This document shows, in pieces, positions 51,101 to 64,000 of a DNA stretch of 64,000 nucleotides. Location of the stretch: assembly GCF_018977255.1 (NCBI RefSeq), contig NW_024704756.1, forward strand, positions 16,678,001 to 16,742,000, in the 5' to 3' direction. The position numbers and the translations under genes are program-made. The stretch's first letter is position 1, and every line of letters starts with the position of its first letter. The stretch is from Callorhinchus milii. Lineage: Eukaryota. Below the pieces are notes generated by a model. It had not been told where the DNA came from. It made no database searches and saw only the letters and a program-made list of their open reading frames with translations.

Positions 51101-53789
51101 CTTCGGTGCAGTACTGGGCAAATGCTGCATTGTTGGAGGTGTCGTCCTTCGAATGAAACCTTAAACTGAGGTCTCTTCTGTCTGTTTGTGTGGATCTTAA
51201 AGATTCAAGGGTACTATTGTATTTTTTCCATGTTATCTGTCCAACAGTCCTTGACAGTAATTGCTGTGAAGTATGTTTGTCATGATATGTCTCTGTATAA
51301 ATGCAAGTTCTTTGTTTTGCATCAGAATTATACAATATGAAGGTAGTTGAATGGGATTTATTCCACCTGCTGTTAAAATTTGGTGCTCTGTGTATATTTG
51401 AGCTGTTCTCTGCCGTCTATACAGGAGATGAACTAATCTATTTAGACCCTCACTCGACGCAGGCTGCAGTGGACACAGAGGAGGACGGGAGTGTGGATGA
51501 TCATAGTTATCACTGCCAGCGGGTGCCACATCGTATGAAGATCACCCAACTGGACCCCTCAGTGGCTTTGGTGAGCAACAGCAGCAAGCAGCACCCTGTG
51601 TGCCCTCTCAGCTTAGCCCAGCCCTGCCAGCATTGTGTTTGTGAGCAGCTGTGAAAGTTTATTTGAGGCAGTTATCTCTTCATTTTACCCAGCTTCCGCA
51701 ATTGGTTCACGTTTGCATCCCTGGCAAAGAACCAATTCATTCACAGTGTAATTACACCTCCCCTGGGCAAAGCTACAGATTACAATTACAGACATGTTTT
51801 TGGTTAAGTGTAATTCTGTGTTGGAAGAGGAAAACAGGATGCAGATGTATAACCTCTGAGTTGGACACTTGCACAGATCGTTTTGCAACATTCATCCAGG
51901 TGGTGCTATTAACATGGAAAAATCTGGAGAATTTGTGTCTGGGCGATAACAGGCAAACCACACTTTTCTCTCAGCCTAACCCAGGACCCGAGGCCTCATT
52001 AGAACTTGTGCAGATCTTAAATAAAATCCTGCGAAGAACACTTTTATATTAATTTCTTGGATATTAATGGAGATGTTCTCACAGCGAGGTGATCGAATCT
52101 GGAATGCATTGCCTGAACGGGTGGTGGAAGCTGATTTGATAACCACTTTTAAGAGAAGTAGATAATTTTGGGGGGAGAATATGTATAATTCTATGATTCT
52201 AGACCCAGTGGAGTTCCAGATCTCTGCTCAGACAGATTCTCATGGCACGTGTTTCTGTTTGCAGGGATTTTTTTGCTACACTGAAAAAGACTTTGAAAGC
52301 TGGTGCAGTCTTGTGCAGAAGGTAGGAATGAAAGATTCTCTTGTGTGGTCTGATTTAAATCTCGTTTCCTCTTTTCTGAATGAAACACTGCTTGGAATCT
52401 GCAGGGTCCATGTTTGTTCCCTCTTTGCAGTCTGAGTTAGCAAGGACTCAGCCGATCGAATTCCTCATTCTTGCTTTTGAATCCCTCCGTGGCCTACCCA
52501 CCCCCCACCACACACTACCTCTAAATGTCGGCCTGGCTCTTTAAAGACCAACTCTTTCTCCCAACCCAGCATGTTCTGATTGTATTGTTTGCATCACTCC
52601 ACCCTGCTGCAAACTTGAATATATTTCTTTATACATCAAGTTCTGATGACATTCTCGGAGCACGGAGCCTGCAGGGGTTATTGAGTCCGCCAGCTGTTGT
52701 AGCTGAGTGAACATCAGCAGAGGTGTGTCCATTATCCCTCAGTGTGTTTCAGTGATCGTATGTTTATTCAGTTCCCCCGTACTGTACCGGTCTCAGCCAA
52801 TGTCTAAACATGAATATTAATAAAATACTGATCTTTACCATATCAAATCCCAAATGTGTGCTGACATTTTAACAATCAGTATCAGATAGATTCAGTGTCA
52901 TTGCTCCTGGGTTAATATGGATCTTATCAGCAGTGAATCGACCATTTTGACCTGGACTGCATCCTGACTCAGTTGGCAGCAATCTAGCATCTGGGTTGCA
53001 TCAGGATTTTGAACTCTCAGTCGAGGCTGATATTCCAGTAAAGTGCAGGGGAGTGCTGCATTGTCGGTTGAGCCATTAAACTGAGATCCCGTATGTTTGT
53101 TCTGATGTTCGTTAGAGATCCCACTGAAATATTTAAATAAAACTGAAGGAAATCAAGTGTCATTAGCCAATGATTCTCAAGATAATAAATTGGTCATTCA
53201 CTTCATGACTGTTTGTGACGCATTACAAATTGGATGCTGCATTCGCCTGTAAATATACTGTCACTCATTTAACAGTAAATTCTATGAAGCATTTTGAGTT
53301 GTGGTAAAGCGCTAGATCAAATTGCAAGGATTATTATTTGGAGAATTGATGCTGGATTCCAACCCATTTCCTTGCAATTTAAAGGACCTGTTCCTGGCCA
53401 CTGTGCTACTGGGATACTTTTATCAAGAGATGCTGCTTACTCTGGTTTTGAATCGCTTGTCAGTACTGGCTTGATGACTGACTGTATGGGAATGTGTCAA
53501 ACTGCAGGAAATTCTGAGGACGCGGAGTTTCCGGATGTTCGAGCTGGTTGAGAAGCATCCTTCACACTGGCCTCCATTTGTACCTGCAACCAAGCCTGAA
53601 GTGCACACTACAGGAGCAGGTGAGGGTCAGGGCAGGGCTGTGACCCTGGGATCATTAGCACTAGAGACCCTTTGATTCCAAAAATCTTTCTTTAATTCCA
53701 TTAATCCACTTGTGTTTTTCCCAGAGTTCATTGAACCAGCTGACAAACTGTTTGAATCTGAGGAAGAGTTTGAAATTCTGAACATCTAA
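30123..53789 (+). CDS. ATG4A: Cysteine protease ATG4A, 5' exons missing and gene interrupted by duplicated blocks
   Basis: Exons: 30123-30224 ([27 protein letters not shown]), 30843-30915, 32033-32112, 50199-50344, 50741-50819 ([24 protein letters not shown]), 51425-51570 (YLDPH, catalytic Asp/His), 52265-52321, 53508-53619 ([14 protein letters not shown]), 53725-53789 (..[10 protein letters not shown]-terminal LIR). AATAAA at 55173. No exon with the catalytic Cys (GWGCMLR) was found. Confidence 0.92.
33547..36789 (-). pseudogene. IL2RG: Duplicate IL2RG exons 1-2 only (36789-36696, 33634-33547)
   Basis: Matches exons 1-2 of the full gene. The duplicate block stops 20 nt short of exon 3. Confidence 0.8.
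39480..44112 (+). CDS. CNPY3: Second copy of CNPY3 inside the duplicated block
   Basis: Exons: 39480-39582, 41214-41337, 41778-41874, 42492-42614, 43214-43331, 43856-44112. The coding sequence appears identical to the first copy. Confidence 0.8.
44551..44575. other. Assembly gap (25 N)
   Basis: Run of 25 n. Confidence 0.99.
44583..48208 (+). repeat. ATG4A: 3.6-kb near-identical duplicate of 49864-53492, carrying four ATG4A exons (44918-45063, 45458-45536, 46141-46286, 46980-47036)
   Basis: Matches from aatttgatgtatcgcc to actgtatgggaa, with only scattered small differences. Confidence 0.92.
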
Positions 53790-56700
53790 AGCTTCCCAGA
53801 GGGTGGAACCTCATCTCATCGTTGCTTCTCAGTTCAGCGCTGCTGTGGAGTGACTGCAGTATGAGGCGCTGGAGCACTTCATCTCCAGCAGCTTTCCTAA
53901 CCAGACCTGTGCCTGAATCCGTAGGGACATCAGAATTCCGCAGCCAGCACAGCCGAAGATAATGAGCTATCTCTAACTTAATGAGCAATGGCGCTGAAAG
54001 CGTTAACTTTCCCCCTTCCTCCCTTCCCCGCCAAGTAACGGGTCTGCTTTTGGGCAGAAGGGGGCAAGACGGACATTCTCTAAAAAGCGAGTGCTCTTCA
54101 TCCGCTGGGAGAGTAACAGCAAGTTATTGAGAGGAGTTTGCACGGAGCAGGTCAGCAACGACAGGAAGTGACATGAACTTTTGACGCTGATTCATCGCTC
54201 TGTGACATCCCTCCTGGAGGGGAGTGGGCTCTGCGCTCGGCACTGCTAAATGCTGTCAGTCTGTGGAGCCGTCTCGGGCTCAAACACGTCAGGTTCTTAA
54301 TCTGCCCGAGCTCCTGGATGTGTGTTTGGAAATGTACTCTGAAAATTCCTTCATCAGCACTCCAATCTCACTTCTAGTGTTTATATTGAAGGCTTTTTTT
54401 TGGGGGGGATAAATATTTAAATGTAGAAAAATTCAGTTTGTCATTATTTAACATACCTTCTCTTTCCCCCCCCACCACCACCTGTACAATGTCTCACCCA
54501 GTTTGGGTAGACCATGTACACTCCTGACCTCCACTGCACTATGTTTGATCCTTTCTCCTACTCAGATTGGTCTGGTTGTCCTGCCCTTGATGTGCACTAG
54601 CTCTGTGTGCTAATACATTGGCGTGGAGGGTAAAGTTTTTTTTAAGTAAAAAATATATTATTTTCCCCCAAATTCTGTTTGTGAGCTTTGAAAATTGAGT
54701 TTTAACAATGTACCAGAGCTGCACATCATCTGTAGAAGCAAAGTTTTTGTTTCTTTAAAAAAACAATGTCCACAATTCTCTCTGCTGTCCCCACCCCTGG
54801 ATCTCAGATTGATGAAGACTTGAGTTCACCCATCACCAGCACACTTTGAACTGCCTTCAGCTCCCATGCTCTGCTGCACAAATTGGTTACTCAACCTACA
54901 GCAACAGTTGATAGTGGGATAGCAGTGACTCGATAAGGCCACAATGCGGGAATTGCCCATCCAGTAAGTGCTGCTCTTCATCAGTGCAGTGGACATCTGT
55001 CATGGGCTGTTGTGAGTGGGAGGAAATTCATCTCAGCAGGATAGGGTTGACCCAAAACACTACAAGTTTAAAATAACCTCAAAAGAATCTCTGCTTAGCA
55101 GCTTCTGAAGTATTTTTTATGTCCTCAACTTTGTAGAGGAATATCTGATGTACCTTGCTTTATCTGTTTTTTAATAAATTGTTTGCCAAGGAGTATGATT
55201 ATCAAACATGTCAAACTACTAACTGATGTCAAACCACCATATTTCGTGTGCAGAGAGTTTGGTGATGGTTATGAGCAGCGGAGAATGAGTGACATGGAGT
55301 ACAATGTTGCCTGGGGCCGAGGGGTTGACACTGGGATAAGCTTTACAGTCAGTAACTTGTGTTCGCAGTGTTACTTCTTGGTAGTCAGTGGCACAGTCTG
55401 TCAACTTGCAGTCATTCCTCCTTGCCGGTGATCCAACATCTACTGTGAGCCAAAACTGCCACTGCTGGCCTGCATTGGATGTTCTTCTGTACTAACCACT
55501 GCTGCACTTCCCCTGGGATCAGCAACTCTGAACCAGTTCCAGCTCAGCACCACTAAATAAATGGTGACATTCTTCCTGTAACAGACCTTGGCAAAGTGAC
55601 CTGACAATCAATCCCAGTTATTCCATATACATAAACCATCTAAACGGTTAGATTCTACCCTGAAACTCACTCCTGGTAATCCCTTGTTTGAGGAATGGAC
55701 ATGGACATATTCCAGCTTTTCCTTGCTCTGCACACAATTTGCCCATTGTTTGATTGTGTAAATGTCTCCATCAGTCACTAACGATCTGTAGTTAGTACGA
55801 GTGTAATACTGCTCCCTCTTCTGTGTATAGGCCTGACGGCATCCTGGCAAAGTCGCCTTCACAGTGTGTGTCTGACATCACAACAGCTGCTTCTTTCCTT
55901 ACAGCAGGGCTTTTACATCAGTCTTATAAATACATCAGCTGGGCGCTGGACAGGCAGCTTAGCAATGAGTGCACTCACGACAAACTGAAACGATTGATAG
56001 ACTGTTAACTTGTAAAAGGAGAGGGGGTTTTAACAATTGGGACTGGTTGACATTGGAGACTTGGTCAAGATCGTCTTAACGATCTCTAGGAGTTGGTGTG
56101 TGTACTTGTCTTCTTAGCATGAACTGTTTTCTGGTAACGTGGAGAACCATCAAAAAGAAGTTATCAGAAATCCATCTTTCTTCTGTTAAGAATTTCCATC
56201 AAATACCTTTTCATTTTCTTCCAGTAAAATAGCCCCAAGTTTTAAGCGTATCCTCATAATGATATGCCCCTTAATCTTGGTATCTATGTGCATATACGTT
56301 ACATCAATGGTTCTGGTGTTTGTTTTTGGGGTGCCTGGAATGACAGACAGTTCTCTAACTATGGCCCAATCAACATTTCGTTTAAATGCAACAACATTTT
56401 ATATTTTTTATATTAACGAAAACCAAGAATTTGAGAAAAACTCCAATTTTCCCTTTTTAGGGTCTATGTAACTCTCATCTTTACATATCCATGTATCAAT
56501 AGGCCGAGATCTTTGTTCCATAGCATCATTAAGAACTTAACTACTTTCTTCCCCTCCTCCCAGGAGATGTACCATTGCATATTTCACAAAATTCAACTGC
56601 ATCTGCCACCTTTCAGCTCACTGCCTGACCACCGAGATCAACCTGCAATTTTCTGCATTCTTTCTCACATTTTGTCATCCTCCCTAACTTGTTCAGACAG

Positions 56701-56854
56701 CAATGCCCTTTTAACAAAAGGAAGGATGTAATTGCGAAATTATTTCTGCAAAAGTATATATTGTAATTTCCTGTCTCTGTCATATGATCTTCCTGTGGTG
56801 GGAGAATATTTTTTTTTACCAGAGAGACTGGGATTACAAAAAAGATAATTAAAA

Positions 56855-59800
56855 ATGGATCCCAAATGTTGGATTAAATTACGTGAACCAAGATCCAAGT
56901 CTCCATCGAGAGGGGTCATTGTAATGATTATTGTTCTCTTCTTGGCTGTTTTAACCTGTCTGATGCTGGTAATTTTATTGCAAGAAATAAGTAGTCTGCG
57001 GACTGAACTGGCAAATGTCCACAAAGAGCTTCATGCTTTTAACAAAAGGAGAGAACATTTCAGGGTCATTTCAATGCAACCGGTAAGGAAACCTTTTTCA
57101 CTTTCTCCTTCTGTAGAGCTTTCCTCAAAATGTTGTTATACATCCCCAGTTCTCAATCACTCTCTAAAGTGGTTTAACTTTACCTCCACTTGCAATGCTG
57201 TAAGCATGAAATTGTATTATTGGACGATGGTAGATACAATCACATGATATCGCTCCAGAATTCAACAGCTCACTCGACTGCACTCAGACATGCCTCAAGA
57301 CAGAAAAATATTAGAGATATTTGGTCAGCAATCACACAGCATGATGCTTATCAATCCAGCAATGACCTACAGGTAAGCAAAGCTAACAACAAGTCTACAC
57401 CTCCAGGTCTCTATCAGCTGTGCCTTGAATTACTGTAGACCTTGCACCTGGCTCTATAATTATAATAATAATAATCCTTGCATTTGATATAGCGCTTTTC
57501 ACATCTTCCCGACGTCTCAAAGCACTTCACAGCATATACTGTAAAGTGAATTGACTGGAAATATTCCGGGCGAAATGCAGACCAATTTATTATATTTTTC
57601 TTCTTGAGGGACTATTATCAGGCGTGAAGAGTAACAAAACTTGCCCAATGTTTCACCCTGCCGGGAATCGAACCCAGGTCACTCGCTTGCTAACCACTGA
57701 GCTACAGTACTCTTACTGTTTATCTGGAGAAGTGATGCAATGTGTTTCAATATCTCATGCGTACAGCATTGCAAGTGGAGGTAAAGTTAACCAATTTAGA
57801 GAGTGATTGAGAGCTGGGAATGCACAACAACATTTGCGGCTCGGATCTCAGTCACACCAGGAAATGGGAATGCGAGGCAGACGCTTCTCAGCACTGCTGG
57901 AAGAACAGCACCTGAGCAGCCAGGGAGCTTGTGCTAATGGACACCATGAAAGAAAAGCAGTGGCATAGTTTATGCATGTACTGCATTCTGACTGAAAAGT
58001 GTGGTGCAGGAAGTATAGTGTGAAACGAGGGGATTAAATGCAAACTTAACTTTTTCTGTACCACATTTTGTTTGAAATCCCTCCTCCACCCATCCCCCCA
58101 CCCCAGGGAGATCTGTCTGAAACACTGAATAAACAGAATGAGTCCATCTTCCAAAGAAAAGAAAAGTTATCTGGACTGAATAGAAACAGTGAGGAACTGA
58201 GAGGCCTGACCAGGAGAAGGAGAAATGTAGGACAGTGCAGACGTAAGTGACTGATCTGATCACATTCTCCTGCTCTTTCACTTCAAATGACTTAAATTTT
58301 TTCATTCACTGTATAAAGAAATGTCTTTGGCTCATAAATGTGTTTATAAAATTACTTATTTATAGTTAATTAGCAATTTATTAAAAGGAACCTCTTTATT
58401 TTCAATTTGGGGATAATTCATAAAGGTATTGTGTGTCAGCCTGGCTCAATTATAGCACTCTCACCTCTGAGGCAGAAGGTTGTGGGTTCAAACCCCACGT
58501 TGGGACTTGGAAATCATACAGTCTAACCTGACATTCCAATGCAGTGCTGTGGATGTGTTGCATTGATGGAGGCGCCGTCCTTCAGATGAGACTTTAAATT
58601 GAGGTCCTGTTTACCCATTCAGGTGGACGTTAAAGATCCCATGGCGCTATTTGAAAAGTGAGGGGAGTTTCTCCCGGTGTCCTGGCCAACGATCCCCCAA
58701 ATAAATTGGTCGCTCACTCCATGGCTTTGAATCACAAAGCTCAAACCTTTCTGAAGTTTGAGCTGAATGCTTTGAAACATCTAAGTGCAAATTGTATTTG
58801 ACAAACTTTTTTCTCTTTGTAGAACTATCATTCCTACAGCTGAGTCCCAATGCTGAGAGAAGCACAATCCAGCAAGGTAATAGTCACACTACCCAGTATA
58901 TAGTGGAATCTGTTTTGTTGGCTCATGGTTCTACAAGTGGGCAAGTTTTCTATCCTCAGAAATTGCAGAGAATTGTGGCCAAGAGCGTTCATAGAGCGAG
59001 CTTTAAATCTTGAATTTGGTGCATTCCAATGAAACACTACACTTTTGAGGTTCGAGATGGGACCTTTGAGACGGTCCCTTACTTTGATGATAAGCAGCAG
59101 CAGCCTTGAAAGTGTTACGTGCAGTCTGTTTGGTTTTGGTTTAATGGTTTCCTGATAGAAATGTCAGTGACGGAAGTAAAAGGGGATATTGCACTACATT
59201 AAGTGGAAGGAGAGAAGTGTCAACTTGTAGCTGTTAGAAAATGTGAAGTAGTGCCATCGCTTGTAACTCCTCTCATCCCTTGCACACTGTAACAGGGCAA
59301 CGCACAGCCAAGCTCTTCTCCATCAGTCCTGACAGCTACACTTGGCAAGTGTTGGAACATCCACTCAGCCAACTCATTTTTAGCATAATTTGGTTCTTGG
59401 TGTTCATTTTGTCTTCTTCATTTTTACTAAACAAATCAAATTAATTTCCTTCCTGTTGTTTAAGTAACGGGCTACACACTTTTTGCTGAGAGGGTGGTTC
59501 GGAGACTCTCTGGACCTGCTGATTGCCTCAGGGCTAAACTGTTGTACATTGACTTCTTCACTCAAAGGGCGGTGAATGTATGGAACTCACTACCCCAAAG
59601 GGCTGTTGACGCTCAGTCCTTGAACATATTCAAGACTGAGATAGATAGATTTCTTATTGCAAAAGGGACTAAGGGATATGGAGATAAGGCAGCGTCAGGT
59701 TATTAGCTGGAGTTAGATTAGAAGATCAGCCATGATTGAATGGCGGGGCAGAGGCTCGAAGGGCCGAATGGCCTACTCCTGCCCCTACATGTTATGTTAT

Positions 59801-61593
59801 GTTTGCTGTTCATATTGATGGTGGCTTTAAGTTAGCCAATTTAAAAAAAACTTGTAAATTCACTTACTGTCCACTGTTTGTCCATTATCCAGATTGCAAT
59901 AACATCTTTCCTTTTAAAATCTCTATTCATCATTGGGGTCCCTCAATGTTCTTCACATCAGAGGATTCAACATTTATTCCTTGGATTGTGGCTTCTCAAA
60001 GAGGTGCTGGACTGGAAAAAAAATTGAATAAAATACTTGTGAAAGAAGAAGGCTATTACAGTGTGTACAGTCAGGTGAGGAGAATGTTTAAAGCGGTGAT
60101 GGCCTCTCACTTTGTGGGAGCTTTCATTTTAACTGAACTAAGATTTTCATACAACCGCTGGATTACAATAATAATTGTTCTTAAAAATAATTGCTATCTG
60201 ATAGCAGTTGAAATACTTCAAAACTGGGACTTGGGTACCTGAGCCACGAGCAAAGGCTGCAGAGGTGGGAATGTTCTCCCTGGAGAGGAGAAGACTGGGG
60301 GGAGATCTGATGGATGTCTTCAAGATCCTAAATTGAACCAGGGGATGTAAGTTTGAGCTCAGAAAAATAGAGGTGTAAAGTCATTAAATTGTGTGTGAAA
60401 GTGAATGCAATGGACAACCCAGGAAACTGGTGAGGCAAATTGTAGGGGAAAATTGAAGAGGGAAATGGATAGGTATCTGGAGAACAAGTCTATATGAGGA
60501 GTTTGGGGCAGGATACTGTAGCGTTGTTATTTATTCAGCAAGTTGGACTTTTCTGATCCTGTACAATCCTAATCTACTGCTTGTGGAGTGCAAGCCCACA
60601 ATGCCTGATATCTTTACAGGTTCTGTATTTTGATAACTGCATGGCCATGGGTCACGTTGTGCGGAGGAAGAAGTCTCATCTAGTTGGCAATGAACAACGT
60701 CTAACAACGCTTTTCCGTTGCATTCAAAACATGCCAAATAACACTGCCAGTAACACCTGCTTCACAGCTGGTAAGCCTGGCGCTTCTATTTACTACCCCT
60801 CTTTTCCAGAAAGTTGACTAAATAATAACCGTTATTCTGAATAGAGATTGTGATGCACTTATTTGAGTGAGGCTACATACCAATAAGTCTAGTGACCAAT
60901 AGATTGCAGACAATCAACACACTAGTCGGTGGAGGTTGTGAGCGAGCAGTCTTTTGATCTATAGTATTTTGGAGGCTCTATTTTCAACTTGTTTAGCATT
61001 ATTAAACCTCCAAATTATTGTATAAAAAGATGACCTGATTTGCTCTTGAACTCTTGATCAAATGACTGCCTTGTATTTACGGCAGGTACTCATTACTTTA
61101 TATATAAACTATCTAAACCTTTCGATTGGTTTCTAATCCGTAACTCGCTCGCACAGATCCAGTATTTTATAAATAAACCATTTAATCTGTTAATTAGATT
61201 CTATTCTATGACATTCCTGTGTAACCTATAAAACCTTCTTTAAAACGTAATAATATATCCTTGAATTTGATATAGCGCCTTATCACGTTATTGAAACGTC
61301 CCAAAGCGCTTCACAGAATATATTGCAAAGTGAATTGAGTGTTTTTTGTGGGTGAAACATATCTCTTCAACATCAACATCTTTAAATCTCCCCTTCCCAA
61401 CACAATGCTCACTATTGATTTGCCATAGACTTTGAGGTGATTTAAAAGAAAACTTATTGCAGCACTTTGTGGTTTAGGAATTGTGAAGCTTGACCAAGGT
61501 GATGAGCTGGAGCTCCTGTTGCCTTCTCGGCCCAATGCTCAGATCTCCATGGATGGGGACTCGACCTTTTTTGGTGCCATTCAAGTATTGTGA
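56855..61593 (+). CDS. BAFF-family TNF superfamily ligand, probably BALM (TNFSF13B-like), type II membrane protein, 7 exons, 303 aa
   Basis: Exons: 56855-57082 (TM VIVMIIVLFLAVLTCLMLVILL), 57259-57372, 58107-58242 (furin site RRRR), 58823-58876 (SFLQL), 59962-60074 (FIPW..RG.GLE..ILVKEEGYYSVYSQ), 60620-60770 (VLYFD..AMGHVVRRKK..TLFRCIQNMP..NTCFTAG), 61478-61593 (IVKLDQGDELELLLPSRPNAQISMDGDSTFFGAIQVL*). 912 nt, in frame. AATAAA at 62110. Confidence 0.9.
59551..59800 (+). mobile_element. CR1-clade LINE 3' end in the intron between ligand exons 4 and 5
   Basis: FFTQRAVNVWNSLPQRAVDAQSLNIFKTEIDRFL, then gatcagccatga..gaatggcg..ggctcgaagggccgaatggcctactcctgc and a (TATGT)n tail. Confidence 0.85.
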
Positions 61594-64000
61594 AGCGATG
61601 GAACGAAGTGGCCACCGCCACTGATGAGCAGAATGATATTGTCCGACCTGCATTTGCTCCGGTGCGTCTCCAGGTTTTCCTGTGCGCGGTGACAGAAACA
61701 CTTCCCTGGTGCACAGGCACGCCAGACCTGCTATGGAGGGGAGGCGGCTTCTGTGAAACCATCACAAGTTGTGAAGATTTTGTGAAATTCAACCCAGCGA
61801 CTCACTTTGCTAAACAATCTGTTTTAATCATTGCACAGCTCTGGTGGAGCCAAGCCCTGCCTTGGGTCAGATCTCCACTGAAGCCTTCTCATCAGAAGTG
61901 GAACTTCTTGTCCCACTTCTTACATGTTCTCTCTGTTTTTCACGGCAAGCATCAGATAATAAGGGTATGTTCCTGCTGGCTTGAGTGTTCCCATCAAAAG
62001 CTACACCTGTAATAGACGTTCAGAAATAATAGCTGATCTGTTAGCAGACTGTGGGAAGAGGTGATCGGTAGTGCTGCAACACCATTCTCACAATTCTGAA
62101 TCTCTACAAAATAAAAATGTTGCAGAAATCTTAACTCTTTTATAATTTCTACTTTCCCTTTGTTATTGTCTGCCTTCCCTCGTTATGAAGTGCTTCCTTT
62201 ATTAGTTTGTTTGAGGCGGGACTTGAAGGAGGCTAAGGAGGGGGTGAGGCGGAGTGATTGGGGGATGGAATTCCAGAGGTTGGGGGCAGAGTGGCCGAAG
62301 GCTCTCCGCCAATGGTGAGGGTGTGAGTCGGGGGACGTGGAGCAGGCCAGAGCCGGCTGAGCGGAGGGAATGGGCGAGTTGGTAGGGGGTTAGTCCAGCG
62401 CCTTGGGACGTCCTCCCGGCGTGAAAGGCGCTATACAAATGTAATTTTGTTGTTGTTATCGGTTGGACTGACCGTTCCCATGTTCTTTGCCCACGTTGTC
62501 TTCAAATGTAAGATTGTGCAGCACTTTTGGAAAAATCGTTAAATGGAATCGGTGTTGACCAGAACAGCAGAAAACTGGCTTCCAAATTAAGGCTGAATTT
62601 TAAGAAGTTTCCAAAATTCTCCACGATCTTAAATTTTAAGATAATGTCCTAAAGCGAAAACCACGAGAGAGGTTGAGCCTCTGATTTCAGGCCGTCTCTG
62701 TAGAGTTTTGCAGGGAACGGATTGGACTGTGACTGAGAGACAGTATACTTTCATCCTACCCTGTCCAGACTCTAATGTGCCAAACTACTCCACCACTTGC
62801 TTCTCCTAATAAAGTTAGGACTATATTATAAGATGGGACAGAACATAGAGCATTCTGCTGCATTTGAACTGTGTGGATCGTGAAAAGGTTAATGCTGGAA
62901 TTCTGTCAAAACCCTACAGTGAAACGTACTGGAGGCCTGTCAGTCAGTCAAACTTTCCTGAGTTACTCTGGGACTTAAGACCGTGTAAATCTGAACTTTC
63001 TCACACATGCTCACGCAGACTGCACAGAATGTACCGTAACTGTCAAAGAAATAAATAGATAGGTTTATTTGTACGCCCTGGACTTGTGCCGAACGTGGAT
63101 GCGTTGGTCAACATTGGTTACGTGTGAGACGTGGGTCCTGAACCTGGGCGAGTTGGATCTACATAGCAGTGGATTAATACTATGCCCCCGCCCTCCACCC
63201 TCACCTCAGCCATGTTGCAGGATGGCACATAGACTATCTAGTTCTGAGAAGTAAGGAATTTACTCTCCTGCATCCCCCCCCCAACACCCCCACCCCCTCC
63301 TTTCCCAGCACAACCACATAATCCGAACCCAACGTGAGCAGGATTTTAAGGACTGCTAGTATTTAAGATTTAACTCCTGACAATTCGTGCTCTCTTCCAA
63401 TTTATTCACATAACCCCCACTCAACCCCCCTGAGTTGAGTGCATTGCTCGTATCTCCTACTGGTTGGTACAAAGGTGGCACGAGGAGGGGAACCTGACGA
63501 CTTTGAATGCCTTCCTGAAATTGCCAAGCGCAGCACAATAAGCCTGTGGATCAGGAGGAGGCCAATCACCTGAAGAGCCTGTTCACTTACATTGATGGCA
63601 GATCTTTATTCACCTTTTCTCCATATCCCTTGCTTTCCCAAGTATCTATTTCAATCCCTTTAAAACATCTAATTTTATTCTGTATCCGGGGCCTTCTGGA
63701 GCCCGAGAAGTATTTCCTAAATTAAATTAAATAGAAATCAAACCTGGCATCTGACCCTTGCCATCACAGGCTGTGGTTTCAGAGCAGGGCAGTGTCAAAG
63801 ACTGATCTTTGATAAAGATTGTGCAATGGTTAATAGAACAAACACTATAATTCCACAGTGTGGCCATAGGGTGGCGGTAATACAACATCGACACAACAAC
63901 AATCCCTGTCTTGACAATACAGTAAACAGGCTCCAGTTAGGAAGCTAACAAATACATCTAATAATAATCCTTGCATTTGATACAACGCCTTGTCATGTCT

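Overview
Eukaryotic vertebrate genomic DNA. The Deu-type tRNA-SINE, L2 and CR1 repeats and the gene set point to a cartilaginous fish, possibly a chimaera (inference). I reconstructed spliced genes by hand from GT/AG sites and reading phase. From left to right: (1) the first two coding exons of a CXorf65 homolog (-); (2) an IL2RG-like class I cytokine receptor paralog (+) with an intact ectodomain and TM but a short, tyrosine-free tail with degenerate Box1; (3) a complete 8-exon IL2RG/common gamma chain (-, 374 aa) whose extreme C-terminus resembles CRLF2/TSLPR; (4) CNPY3 (+, 6 exons); (5) ATG4A (+), with its 5' exons absent; (6) a 7-exon BAFF-family TNF ligand (+, 303 aa), probably BALM. Two near-identical duplications (17622-29898 = 32322-44550 and 44583-48208 = 49864-53492) surround a 25-N gap and are most likely assembly artefacts. 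The best candidate for new biology is the convergent pair of a signalling gamma-c and a putative decoy or soluble gamma-c, with one shared exon looking homogenised, inside a compact immune cluster. All homology calls rest on recalled protein sequences, not database searches.
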